A DNA stretch of 32,000 nt from Cupriavidus necator (GTDB taxonomy: Bacteria; Pseudomonadota; Gammaproteobacteria; Burkholderiales; Burkholderiaceae): positions 2,880,555 through 2,912,554 of the forward strand of contig NZ_CP066019.1 in NCBI RefSeq assembly GCF_016127575.1. The letters are read 5' to 3'. The notes beneath the pieces were generated by a model. It did no database searches, was not told the origin of the DNA, and saw nothing but the letters and a program-made list of their open reading frames with translations. The position numbers were made by a program, and so were the translations under genes. Below, one piece after another: positions 9,483-17,279 of the stretch (within the stretch, counting starts at the first letter, position 1; each line of letters begins with the position of its first letter).

Positions 9483-10439
9483 CTACAGCACCGGGCTGGC
9501 GGCCTGGAGCGCGGCTTCGCCGGTGCGGGACGCAACCACAGGGCGCGCGGTGCTGCCGCGCGTGAAGCGTTCATCGCCGCTGACCCACTCGAGCGTCGCG
9601 CCACGTTGCAGGGCGGCATAGACGGCCTCGCCCTTGTTGCGTACCTTCAGGCGCTGGTACAGCGTGCAGGCGTGACTCTTGACAGTTGCCACCGAGATAT
9701 TGAGCATGCGGCTGACGGTCTTGATCGGGTAGCCGCGTGCCAGCAGCACCAGCACCTCGTACTGGCGCGGCGTGATCTTCAGCATTTCGGCTTCGTCGTA
9801 GCTGGGCTCTTCCTCGACCAGCGGGGCTGCATTGGTGGCAGCCGGGGCCGACAGCGGCTGCCCCGGCCGGAGGCCGGTGAGGTCGCGCACCGCCACGGTG
9901 GTGCGTGCGGCACCGGGCGTGCCGGCGCATGCCACCAGCGACAGTTGCTCGCCTGTGAGCGCGTGCGCAGGGTTCAGCGGAAGCGGCGCGGCCGAGGCCA
10001 GCGACTGCACGGCCGGCATGGCCGAACGCGACGCCGACGGCATCGAGCCGGTTTCGGCCGAGAACAGCAGCCCCTGCACGCCTGACACCGCCAGCCGGAT
10101 GGCCGCCTCGATCACCGCCAGCGAAGCGGATTTCGGCAGGCAGCCGCAGACGCCGCGGGCGCTGTCCGCGTTGGGCACATGCAATGGCAAGATGTCTGCC
10201 AGGATCAGGATGCGTTGCGGCGACAGTGCTTCGCGGGCCTGTTCGAGCTGCGGCCAGCCAGACCCCACATCGGCGGGCATGCCGAATACGAGCAGGTCTG
10301 CGTTGTGGTGCCGGGTGTCCAGCCTGGCGATGTCCGCGGGCGCAATGGCGGCAACCTGGGCAGACTCCTGGATGTTCTCGAGCATCTGCAACAGCCCGAG
10401 CCGGAGCAGTGGATGCTCCTCGATCAGCAACGCGTTCAT
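9483..10439 (-). CDS. LuxR/FixJ-family transcriptional regulator with degenerate receiver-like N-domain
   Basis: C-terminal LuxR HTH (ITPRQYEVLVLLARGYPIKTVSRMLNISVATVKSHACTLYQRLKV). The N-terminal CheY-like fold reads LLIEEHPLL (EE instead of DD) and DLLVFGMP, where no Asp sits at the usual phospho-acceptor position; the K of GCLPKS is retained. ATG 10439 has a GGGGAG SD 8 nt upstream. The track start at 10448 is a GTG. Confidence 0.8.
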   Translation of the reverse strand: MNALLIEEHPLLRLGLLQMLENIQESAQVAAIAPADIARLDTRHHNADLLVFGMPADVGSGWPQLEQAREALSPQRILILADILPLHVPNADSARGVCGCLPKSASLAVIEAAIRLAVSGVQGLLFSAETGSMPSASRSAMPAVQSLASAAPLPLNPAHALTGEQLSLVACAGTPGAARTTVAVRDLTGLRPGQPLSAPAATNAAPLVEEEPSYDEAEMLKITPRQYEVLVLLARGYPIKTVSRMLNISVATVKSHACTLYQRLKVRNKGEAVYAALQRGATLEWVSGDERFTRGSTARPVVASRTGEAALQAASPVL

Positions 10440-10608
10440 TGACTTCACTCCCCGTTACTCGGGGGCGGAATGCGGGGCGCTTTGCGTATGGAGGGCATTG
10501 CAGGACAGCAGTCACCTGCGGCGACTGGCTGCTTGTCTGACCCCCATGCTTCCATGCTCCGGCAGTCCCGTTTTTCTGGATGGAACTTGTCGGTGGCTGG
10601 AAGGTTGA

Positions 10609-10626
10609 CCCGAACCCGAACCCGAA
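10609..10626. repeat. Hexanucleotide tandem repeat (CCCGAA)x3
   Basis: Read directly: cccgaa cccgaa cccgaa. It lies about 170 bp upstream of the LuxR-type gene start, on the opposite strand. Confidence 0.9.
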
Positions 10627-11156
10627 AGATTCTCGCTCCTAAATCGGCTTAAATTCATCTTATGGGCTGGTTGAATGGAATGCAAGCGAGCCGGTCTGGT
10701 ACGAGTGTGGGTGGGAATGAAAGGACATACATAATCCTTTCAAAAATCATCCGAACGCACCGGTCCAGGTTCCGCAAACGCCGCGCTGATGCGGGGTCCA
10801 GGAGGTTTCACGGATGTGACATCGGGATTTAATTTGGTTGCAGCATTGAAACAGATAGCATTATCTGTACCCCCTGAAAGTAGTATTCTTAACCCCATCG
10901 TGGGGTATCGGTAATATATCTGCGGCGGATTGCTCCAATCATGAAACGCCGCTTTCATATGTGTTTTCGAAATAGGCCTGCCTGATTTTCAGGCAGGTCG
11001 GGCGCATGGCCTAGTGCTTCTGGATGAGAGACGTCTCCCACCTCGGGATGAGCGCTGCGGCGCCGGCTGCACCGACCTGCGCCGGACTTGCCACCGCCTG
11101 CCGGGAGGACAGGGTGGCGGGCCCGGGGCCGGCCGGCAGGTTCGTCCGCGCAGGCG

Positions 11157-11474
11157 TCAGCGGGCCCAGTGGCCGGGATGCATGACCCAGCCGTGCGGAC
11201 CGCGCACCCAGCGCTCGGGCACATAACGGTAGCCTGGACGCTGCGCCTTCCAGTAGCCGGCGCGCCAGTCGTAGCGCCCGCCGGTGGCGGTCCAGTGGCC
11301 CGGCACCCAGACCTGGCCGCGGCGCGCGGCGGGGTGCGGTTCATAGCGCGGCGGCGGGGGCGGACGGTCATAGCCGTGGGCGACCGCCACCGGATGAGCC
11401 TCGGCGGGGGCGGTCAGTCCGAAGGTGCCGCCCGTGGCGAGGACGGCTGCGGCAATCAGGAGCTGGCGTTTCAT
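11157..11474 (-). CDS. Secreted YXWGXW-repeat protein
   Basis: 105-aa ORF with an AAGGAG SD and a signal peptide MKRQLLIAAAVLATGGTFGLTAPAEA. It carries repeated W-x-x-G-x-W type segments (VPGHWTATGGRYDWRAGYW, RWVRGPHGWVMHPGHW). Confidence 0.8.
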   Translation of the reverse strand: MKRQLLIAAAVLATGGTFGLTAPAEAHPVAVAHGYDRPPPPPRYEPHPAARRGQVWVPGHWTATGGRYDWRAGYWKAQRPGYRYVPERWVRGPHGWVMHPGHWAR

Positions 11475-11523
11475 GTGGATTCTCCTTGGGGCGGTTGGAA
11501 GCGGTTCGAAGCCGCTGGCTCGG

Positions 11524-11646
11524 TCAATAGCGGTCGTAGTGGTGGTGGCGCGGCGGCGGGCCGCCGCGCGGTGGCACTACGATGCAGGCGGACAGCAGTG
11601 CGGCCGTGGTGGACAGCAGCACCAGCAGCGAGAGGGCGCGTTTCAT
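11524..11646 (-). CDS. 40-aa His/Pro/Arg-rich small lipoprotein (hypothetical)
   Basis: MKRALSLLVLLSTTAALLSAC with lipobox L-S-A-C, then IVVPPRGGPPPRHHHYDRY. An AGGAG SD precedes the ATG (cat 11644-11646). It lies immediately upstream of, and co-directional with, the YXWGXW gene. The longer 161-aa track ORF looks like an artefactual extension. Confidence 0.55.
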   Translation of the reverse strand: MKRALSLLVLLSTTAALLSACIVVPPRGGPPPRHHHYDRY

Positions 11647-12359
11647 ATGGGCTCCTGGCGGGTTCGCGTTGGACATGGCTTCAATGTAGCGAGCCAGCCC
11701 CGCTGCGCGTGCTTGCACTTGTAAGGCTGTCTCACAAGGGGTTTTGCAGCGGGCGCAGCCCCGCACCGGGCGCGCGGCATCCCGGAAGCCCTTGCGTATC
11801 AAGGCGTTGCGCGCATGGCGGCAGGTCCATGGCGTGGCCTGCGCGTGCCGGGTTGGAGGTAATGTGACGTTACACGGGAAATGATTCTCGCAAGGCAACG
11901 GATCCCGGAGCAGGCGCCGCACCCTTTGTGGGCGGCCTGGCCGGGCACGCAGAAACGGGTACGCTGCAACGGTGCGCGATGCCTCGGCATGGCCCGGTTG
12001 GGGGCGCACTGGTGGCGTCGCGGCGCCATCACGGTGCGTTCAGTCGCGCAAATCGGTGGGGCGGAAATGGCATGAAGCTTGCGCCATGGGCTATACCAGT
12101 CGGAAGTGGCCTCGTGTGCTTGAAGGAGGCGTCATGCCGGTCATGCTCATCGTGCTTGCCCTGCAATGGCTGCAGGGGCTGTCGCCGCCCGCCGCGGCGT
12201 TGTTCGCGCTGCCGCAGGAGATGGCGCCCGCGGATGCCGCGGCCATCGTCGAACCCGCGCTGACACGCTGACATGGGCTGACGCCGGGGTGGTATGACTA
12301 CCCTGCCGCCGTGGCAGTCCGAGTGGTTCCATCCAACCTACCACTGTCATGGAGTCAGC

Positions 12360-12803
12360 ATGAACCGCAGCGACGTCACCGACCTCATCATCGAAGCCAA
12401 GGTCACCCGCGGCATTGCCTGGGCGCAGGTGGCCGAACGCGTCGGCCGCAGCAAGGAATGGACAACCGCGGCGTGCCTGGGCCAGATGGCATTCGACGCC
12501 GCCGGCGCGCGCGCGGTGATGGAGCTGTTCGGGCTGCCGCCCGAGGCCGAGCCCTGGCTGCGCGAGGTGCCGTACAAGGGCTCGCTGCCGACGCAGGTGC
12601 CGGCCGATCCGCTGATCTACCGCTTCTACGAACTCATCAGCGTGTACGGCACCACGTTCAAGGCGCTGATCCATGAAGAGTTTGGCGACGGCATCATGAG
12701 CGCGATCGACTTCCGCATGGACCTGCAGCGCGAGCCCGATCCCAATGGGGACCGGGTGCGCATCGAGATGTCGGGCAAGTTCCTGCCCTACAAGACTTAC
12801 TGA
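12360..12803 (+). CDS. cynS: Cyanase (cyanate hydratase)
   Basis: 147-aa product MNRSDVTDLIIEAKVTRGIAWAQVAERVGRSKEWTTAACLGQM...SAIDFRMDL...RVRIEMSGKFLPYK reads as full-length cyanase. A GGAG SD sits at 12351-12354 before ATG 12360. Confidence 0.93.
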   Translation: MNRSDVTDLIIEAKVTRGIAWAQVAERVGRSKEWTTAACLGQMAFDAAGARAVMELFGLPPEAEPWLREVPYKGSLPTQVPADPLIYRFYELISVYGTTFKALIHEEFGDGIMSAIDFRMDLQREPDPNGDRVRIEMSGKFLPYKTY

Positions 12804-14029
12804 TGGGCGACCGCGCGCACGGGCGGCAGCGCAAGCGACACGCCATAGCGCGCCGGATCCAGGCGCATGGTCAGCACGCCCACCAGCGCGGCGCAGGCCA
12901 GGTGGTACCACCAGCCGGCGGCGAAGCCGCCGGTGCGTTCGTGCAGCATGGCGGTGATCCAGGGCGCCAGCGACGCCAGCAGGAAGCCGCCGCCTTGCAT
13001 CAGGGCGCTCAGCGCGCCGGCGCTGTCGGGGTCCGGCAGGTGGTCCAGTGCCACCACCAGGTATAAGGCAAAGCAGCCACCGAGGCCGGCGCCGCCGATC
13101 ACGGCCCACGCGTGCGGCGCGGCGTCGGGCCACAGCGCCAGTCCACCGAAGCCCGCCACCTGCATGGCTAGTGCCAGCGCCATCCAGGCGCGGCGGTCCA
13201 GGCTGCGCGCGGCCAGCACCGGCAGCAGCAGCGCCGCGGCGGCCTGCGCCACCGCCATCAGCGCCACCAGCGACCCGCTCGCCGAAGCGCTCCAGCCGTG
13301 GTCCTGGTAGAACGGTGCGAGCCACGCCACCAGCGACGCATAGCCGCCGTTCATCACGCCAAAGCAGGCCATCAGCAGCCAGGTGCGCGGACGCCGCAAC
13401 AGCGTGCGCGTTGCCCTCGCCGGGCGGCTTGCCGGCACCGCGGGGCCGCGCGCCGCGGTGCGCGGCAATGCCACCCAGGCCAGCGCCAATGCTGCCAGCG
13501 CAGGCACGGCCCACAGCGCCAGCGCATCGCGCCAGCTGCCGGCCAATGCCGTCACGTAGGGCGACAGCTGCGCGCCGAGCGCACCGCCGCCCATCAGCGC
13601 GGCGGAGTACAGCCCCATCACCGGCGCCACGCGCCCCGGGAATTCCTGCTTGACCAGGCCCGGGCAGGCGGCCTGCACCACGGCCACGCCCAGCCCGCAC
13701 AGCGCGGCCGAGGCGATCAGCCAGGTGCCGTCCGCCACGCCCAGCCGCAGCGCGCAGCCGGCACCGAGCAAGGCCAGCGCGCCCAGCACCGCGGTGCGCG
13801 CACCCAGCCGCTCGCGGATGGCCGGCCCGAAGAACGCGCCCGCGCCCATCAGCAGCATCGGCAGCAAGGTCAGCCAGGCCATGCCCTGGTAGCTCAGGCC
13901 GGTGCCACTGCGGATGGCCGGGGCCAGCGGCCCCACCGCGGTCAGGAACGGCCGCAGGTTCAGGCCGATGCCCGCGACCGCGGCCAGCACCAGCCAGCGC
14001 GGGGTGGTGCCGCGCGCGCCCTCAGCCAC
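12797..14029 (-). CDS. cynX: MFS transporter, CynX-like (cyanate transporter family)
   Basis: 410-aa, roughly 12-TM hydrophobic protein with an N-terminus (LNLRPFLTAVGPLAPAIRSGTGLSYQGMAWLTLLPMLLMG) typical of the CynX/YeaN family. The GTG start at 14029 overlaps the upstream deaminase stop. Its 3' end overlaps the 3' end of cynS by 7 nt, in convergent orientation. Confidence 0.8.
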   Translation of the reverse strand: MAEGARGTTPRWLVLAAVAGIGLNLRPFLTAVGPLAPAIRSGTGLSYQGMAWLTLLPMLLMGAGAFFGPAIRERLGARTAVLGALALLGAGCALRLGVADGTWLIASAALCGLGVAVVQAACPGLVKQEFPGRVAPVMGLYSAALMGGGALGAQLSPYVTALAGSWRDALALWAVPALAALALAWVALPRTAARGPAVPASRPARATRTLLRRPRTWLLMACFGVMNGGYASLVAWLAPFYQDHGWSASASGSLVALMAVAQAAAALLLPVLAARSLDRRAWMALALAMQVAGFGGLALWPDAAPHAWAVIGGAGLGGCFALYLVVALDHLPDPDSAGALSALMQGGGFLLASLAPWITAMLHERTGGFAAGWWYHLACAALVGVLTMRLDPARYGVSLALPPVRAVAHQ

Positions 14030-14480
14030 GGGGCGCGCGCGGGCCGTAGAGCTGCGCCGCAGAGAGGTCGACCGCCACCCGCGTGAGCGGCAGCGGCGGC
14101 GGGTTCAGCGACAGGCGCAGTGCCTGGTAGGCGGCCTCGCTCGACATGCCGTAGGGCGCGGCATCGTGGTTGTCGAAGGCGTAGTAGACCGCCTGCACGC
14201 CGGCCATGGTCATCGCCGCCAGGCACATCGGGCAGGGGTGGCCGCTGGCATAGACCACGCTGCCGCGCAGGTCGGGGCGGCCCAGCTTGCGCGCGGCGGC
14301 GCGCACCGCCTCCATCTCGGCATGGGTGGTGGGGTCGTGGCTGTGGACGATGTCGTTGACGCCGGTGGCGACGGCCTCGCCGTCGAGCACCAGCACGGCA
14401 CCGAAAGGGCGCGCGCCACGGTCACGGTTGGCCGCGGCAAGGCGAACCGCCTCGCGCATGAATTCCTGGTGAGTGGTCAT
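14022..14480 (-). CDS. CMP/dCMP-type zinc deaminase (nucleoside/nucleobase or tRNA-adenosine deaminase-like)
   Basis: HAEMEAV and PCPMCLAAM zinc-binding motifs are present. The preferred start is ATG 14480 (MTTHQEFMREAVRLA...). Confidence 0.8.
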   Translation of the reverse strand: MTTHQEFMREAVRLAAANRDRGARPFGAVLVLDGEAVATGVNDIVHSHDPTTHAEMEAVRAAARKLGRPDLRGSVVYASGHPCPMCLAAMTMAGVQAVYYAFDNHDAAPYGMSSEAAYQALRLSLNPPPLPLTRVAVDLSAAQLYGPRAPRG

Positions 14481-14656
14481 GGTTGGCAAAGAAGTGAGTG
14501 CATGCTCGCGAGTCGGGCGGCATGGGTCTTCGTGGGGCTTGCCCGGCAGTTGTGGGACGCGGGCCGGGGCAGCGTGCAACTGTACGCCGGGGCTTGGTAA
14601 TTGGGAAATTAAATGATGAAATCGCCGGCAGTGGAGAAACTAATGGATAACCGGCC

Positions 14657-15559
14657 ATGCAGGACCCTCGCCTCGATCCCGTACTGCTGCAGAGCTTTGT
14701 CGCCGTGGCGGAAAGCGGCAGTTTTACCCGCGCCGCGCAGCGCGTGCACCTGACTCAGTCAACGGTCAGCCAGCAGGTGCGCCGGCTGGAAGACCAGCTC
14801 GGCTGCGTGCTGCTGGACCGCGGCGGCCGCTATGTCACCACCACGCCCGAGGGCGAGCGCCTGCTGGGCTACGCGCGCCGCCTGCAGCAGCTGATGGCCG
14901 AGGCGGTGGGGCAGCTGCGCCAGAGCGCCGGCCAGGGCGAGATCCGCATCGGCGTGCCCGAGGACTTTGCCGCGCGGCCGCTGACGCCGGTGCTGGCCGG
15001 GTTTGCCGATGACTGGCCTGGCATGCGGCTGGAGGTGACCAGTGGCATGAGCCATGAGCTGTGGCAGCGCTTCCAGGACCGGGAACTGGACCTGGTGCTG
15101 GTCAAGCAGCGGGTCGGGCAGGCGCCGGGGCTGGCCAGCTGGCCCGAGCCGCTGTGCTGGATCGACAGCCGCAGCCGTCCGGCGGTGGCGCGCGACCCGG
15201 TGCCGCTGGTGGCGTTTCCGGTGGGCGGGCTGTACCGCGGCGAGATGACGCACGCGCTCGACGCCGGCGGACGGCGCTGGCGTGTGGCCTTTGTCAGTGC
15301 CAGCCTGGCCAGCATCCTGGCCGCGGTGGCCGACGGCCTGGGCGTCACCCTGCTGCCGCGGCGCCTGGCCACGGCTCAGCACCAGGTGCTGGAGGACGGC
15401 GGCTGGCCCGCCGCGGTGCCCGACGTCGAGCTCAGCCTGCACGCGCAGCCGGACCTGCCGGCCGCGGCGCGCGACATGGCCGCGCGGCTGGCCGCGCTAT
15501 GCGAGACCGTGATGGGGTCGGGCGCGCCGCCCGCGGATCAGCCGAAGAACTCGTTGTAG
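14657..15559 (+). CDS. LysR-family transcriptional regulator
   Basis: N-terminal wHTH LQSFVAVAESGSFTRAAQRVHLTQSTVSQQVRRLE followed by a LysR substrate-binding domain. It is divergent from the deaminase-MFS pair. Confidence 0.9.
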   Translation: MQDPRLDPVLLQSFVAVAESGSFTRAAQRVHLTQSTVSQQVRRLEDQLGCVLLDRGGRYVTTTPEGERLLGYARRLQQLMAEAVGQLRQSAGQGEIRIGVPEDFAARPLTPVLAGFADDWPGMRLEVTSGMSHELWQRFQDRELDLVLVKQRVGQAPGLASWPEPLCWIDSRSRPAVARDPVPLVAFPVGGLYRGEMTHALDAGGRRWRVAFVSASLASILAAVADGLGVTLLPRRLATAQHQVLEDGGWPAAVPDVELSLHAQPDLPAAARDMAARLAALCETVMGSGAPPADQPKNSL

Positions 15560-15726
15560 TAGCGGGTGCAGGTGCCGGCCGGGCGGAAGGTGTATGGCAG
15601 CTCGGCCATTGCCGCGGCTTCCAGCGAGCCGAACGGGATGTCGGGCGCGGCCAGGGGGCCGGCTTCGGGGGCGGACTGATGGTCGGGGCGCGCAAGCTCG
15701 GCGCGGGTGTTGGATGGCGAAGTCAT
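15538..15726 (-). CDS. Hypothetical 62-aa protein
   Basis: ATG at 15726. Nearly every codon ends in G or C (my read of the reverse complement), which supports coding in this genome. The product is MTSPSNTRAELARPDHQSAPEAGPLAAPDIPFGSLEAAAMAELPYTFRPAGTCTRYYNEFFG. I did not recognise a family. Confidence 0.4.
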   Translation of the reverse strand: MTSPSNTRAELARPDHQSAPEAGPLAAPDIPFGSLEAAAMAELPYTFRPAGTCTRYYNEFFG

Positions 15727-16022
15727 GTCAGGCTCATTCTCAAGGGTCGGGCACTGCACCCGGCAACTGCGGATCGGCGTTGTCAACGCGTGCAGCCATG
15801 CTAATGCTGCAGCGCGGCGCAGTCAGCCACCCCAGCCTGAACACACTGTTGCGCAATCGCGCCCAATCGGGGCGACTTGCCCGGCGTTGCGAGCGCCTGG
15901 CTGCCGCCGGCGACTTGCGCCAACGCCGTCCGCGGCAGGGTCTATATTGGCTGAGGGTTGCCTGCGCCGCTTGCTTTGCGGGCAGCGCGGGCCTGAGTGC
16001 CGCTGACCTTCCGGAGCGTGCC

Positions 16023-16718
16023 ATGTCGTTGCCTCCATGCTTTACCGATCGCCGCGAGGCTGGCCAGTACCTGGGCCGCCGCCTGGCCGAACTGGGTTTT
16101 GGCGCCGCACAACTGGGCCAGCCCGCGCTGGTGCTGGCGCTGCCGCGCGGCGGGGTGCCGGTGGCGTTCGAGGTGGCGCGCGCGCTCGACGCGCAGCTGG
16201 ACGTGCTGCTGGTGCGCAAGATCGGCGCTGCCGGCTATCCCGAGCTGGCGCTGGGCGCGGTGGTGGAGGGCGATGCCGGCGGCGGCGGCCCGCACACGGT
16301 GGTCAATGACGATCCCTGGGCGCGCCGCGCCGTGGAAAGCGGCAGCTTCGATGCCGAGCGCGGCCGCCAGCTCGACGAGATCGCGCGGCGCCAGCGGCGC
16401 TATCGCGGCGGTGCGCCGGTGCCGGAGCGCGCCGGGCGCACGGTGATCGTGGTCGATGACGGCGTGGCCACCGGCGCCACCATGCGCGCCGCGCTTGAAG
16501 GCGTGCGCATGGCCGGGGCGGCGCGGGTGGTGGCGGCCACGCCGGTGGGGTCGGAGCAGGGGCTGGCCAGCCTGTCGGCCGCGGCCGACGAGGTGATCTG
16601 CCTGAACACGCCCCCCAGCTTCGGCGCGGTTGGCGCCTTCTACCTGGATTTCTCCCAGACCAGCGATGAAGAGGCGCTGGCCCTGCTGCGCGCGGCGGCG
16701 CCGCCGCCTGCGCGCTGA
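16023..16718 (+). CDS. Phosphoribosyltransferase-family protein
   Basis: PRPP-binding loop VIVVDDGVATGATMRAA and an N-terminal F.DRREAG..L motif. The start is ATG 16023 with a GGAG SD. The upstream part of the 374-aa track ORF is Arg-rich and non-protein-like. Confidence 0.8.
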   Translation: MSLPPCFTDRREAGQYLGRRLAELGFGAAQLGQPALVLALPRGGVPVAFEVARALDAQLDVLLVRKIGAAGYPELALGAVVEGDAGGGGPHTVVNDDPWARRAVESGSFDAERGRQLDEIARRQRRYRGGAPVPERAGRTVIVVDDGVATGATMRAALEGVRMAGAARVVAATPVGSEQGLASLSAAADEVICLNTPPSFGAVGAFYLDFSQTSDEEALALLRAAAPPPAR

Positions 16719-16725
16719 GGTTCGC

Positions 16726-17232
16726 TCAGCCCTTGCCCAGGCGCGCCTTCAGGTGCGGCACCAGCCCGCCGGCGGCCAGGATCGCGCGCAGGAAGTCGGG
16801 GATGGGTTCGCACGCGACCAGGCTGCCGTCGTCCAGGCGCAGCTGTGCCGTCGCCAGGTCCAGCACCGCGTGCGCGCCGTCGGCCAGGCGGCAGGTGTCG
16901 GCGCAGACCAGCACCGGCAGGCCCAGGTTGATGGCATTGCGATAGAACAGCCCGCCGAAGGACTGCGCCACCACGGCGCCCACGCCGAGCGCGCGCAGCG
17001 CCTGCGGCGCCTGCTCGCGCGAGGAGCCGATGCCGAAGTTGGCACCCGCCACCAGCACGTCGCCGGGGCGCACGCTGCCGGGGAACTCCGGGCGCAGCGA
17101 GGCCAGGCAATGCCGGACCAGCACGGGCAGCGGCGATTTCATCAGCACGGCGGGGGCCATGGCATCGGTGTCGATGTTGTCGCCGAAGCGCCAGAGGCGG
17201 CCAGTGGGGTCGGGGGCGATAGCAGGGGTCAT
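16726..17232 (-). CDS. Aconitase-family dehydratase small subunit (LeuD-like, short type)
   Basis: GDNIDTDAM and GANFGIGSSREQA motifs are present. It lies 47 bp downstream of the large-subunit gene. Confidence 0.85.
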   Translation of the reverse strand: MTPAIAPDPTGRLWRFGDNIDTDAMAPAVLMKSPLPVLVRHCLASLRPEFPGSVRPGDVLVAGANFGIGSSREQAPQALRALGVGAVVAQSFGGLFYRNAINLGLPVLVCADTCRLADGAHAVLDLATAQLRLDDGSLVACEPIPDFLRAILAAGGLVPHLKARLGKG

Positions 17233-17279
17233 GCAAGAAGTCTGTCCCGCCAGGCGGGCACGAAGTCAGGTCCGCAGCG

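Noticed and set aside
8859-10085. 408-aa plus-strand ORF
   Set aside because: It is antisense to the GT2 and LuxR-type genes, which both have clear motifs. The product is Arg/Ala-rich with no recognisable domain.
10740-10958. 72-aa minus-strand ORF in the AT-rich patch
   Set aside because: It has no SD, an atypical composition for this genome, and no recognisable features. It is more likely non-coding. A nearby 8-bp hairpin (10977-10997) is too weak to call a terminator.
12147-13700. 517-aa minus-strand ORF overlapping the CynX-like gene in another frame and running into cynS
   Set aside because: The composition is low-complexity and Arg/Ala/Gly-rich. The alternative frame (12797-14029) gives a coherent 12-TM MFS protein.
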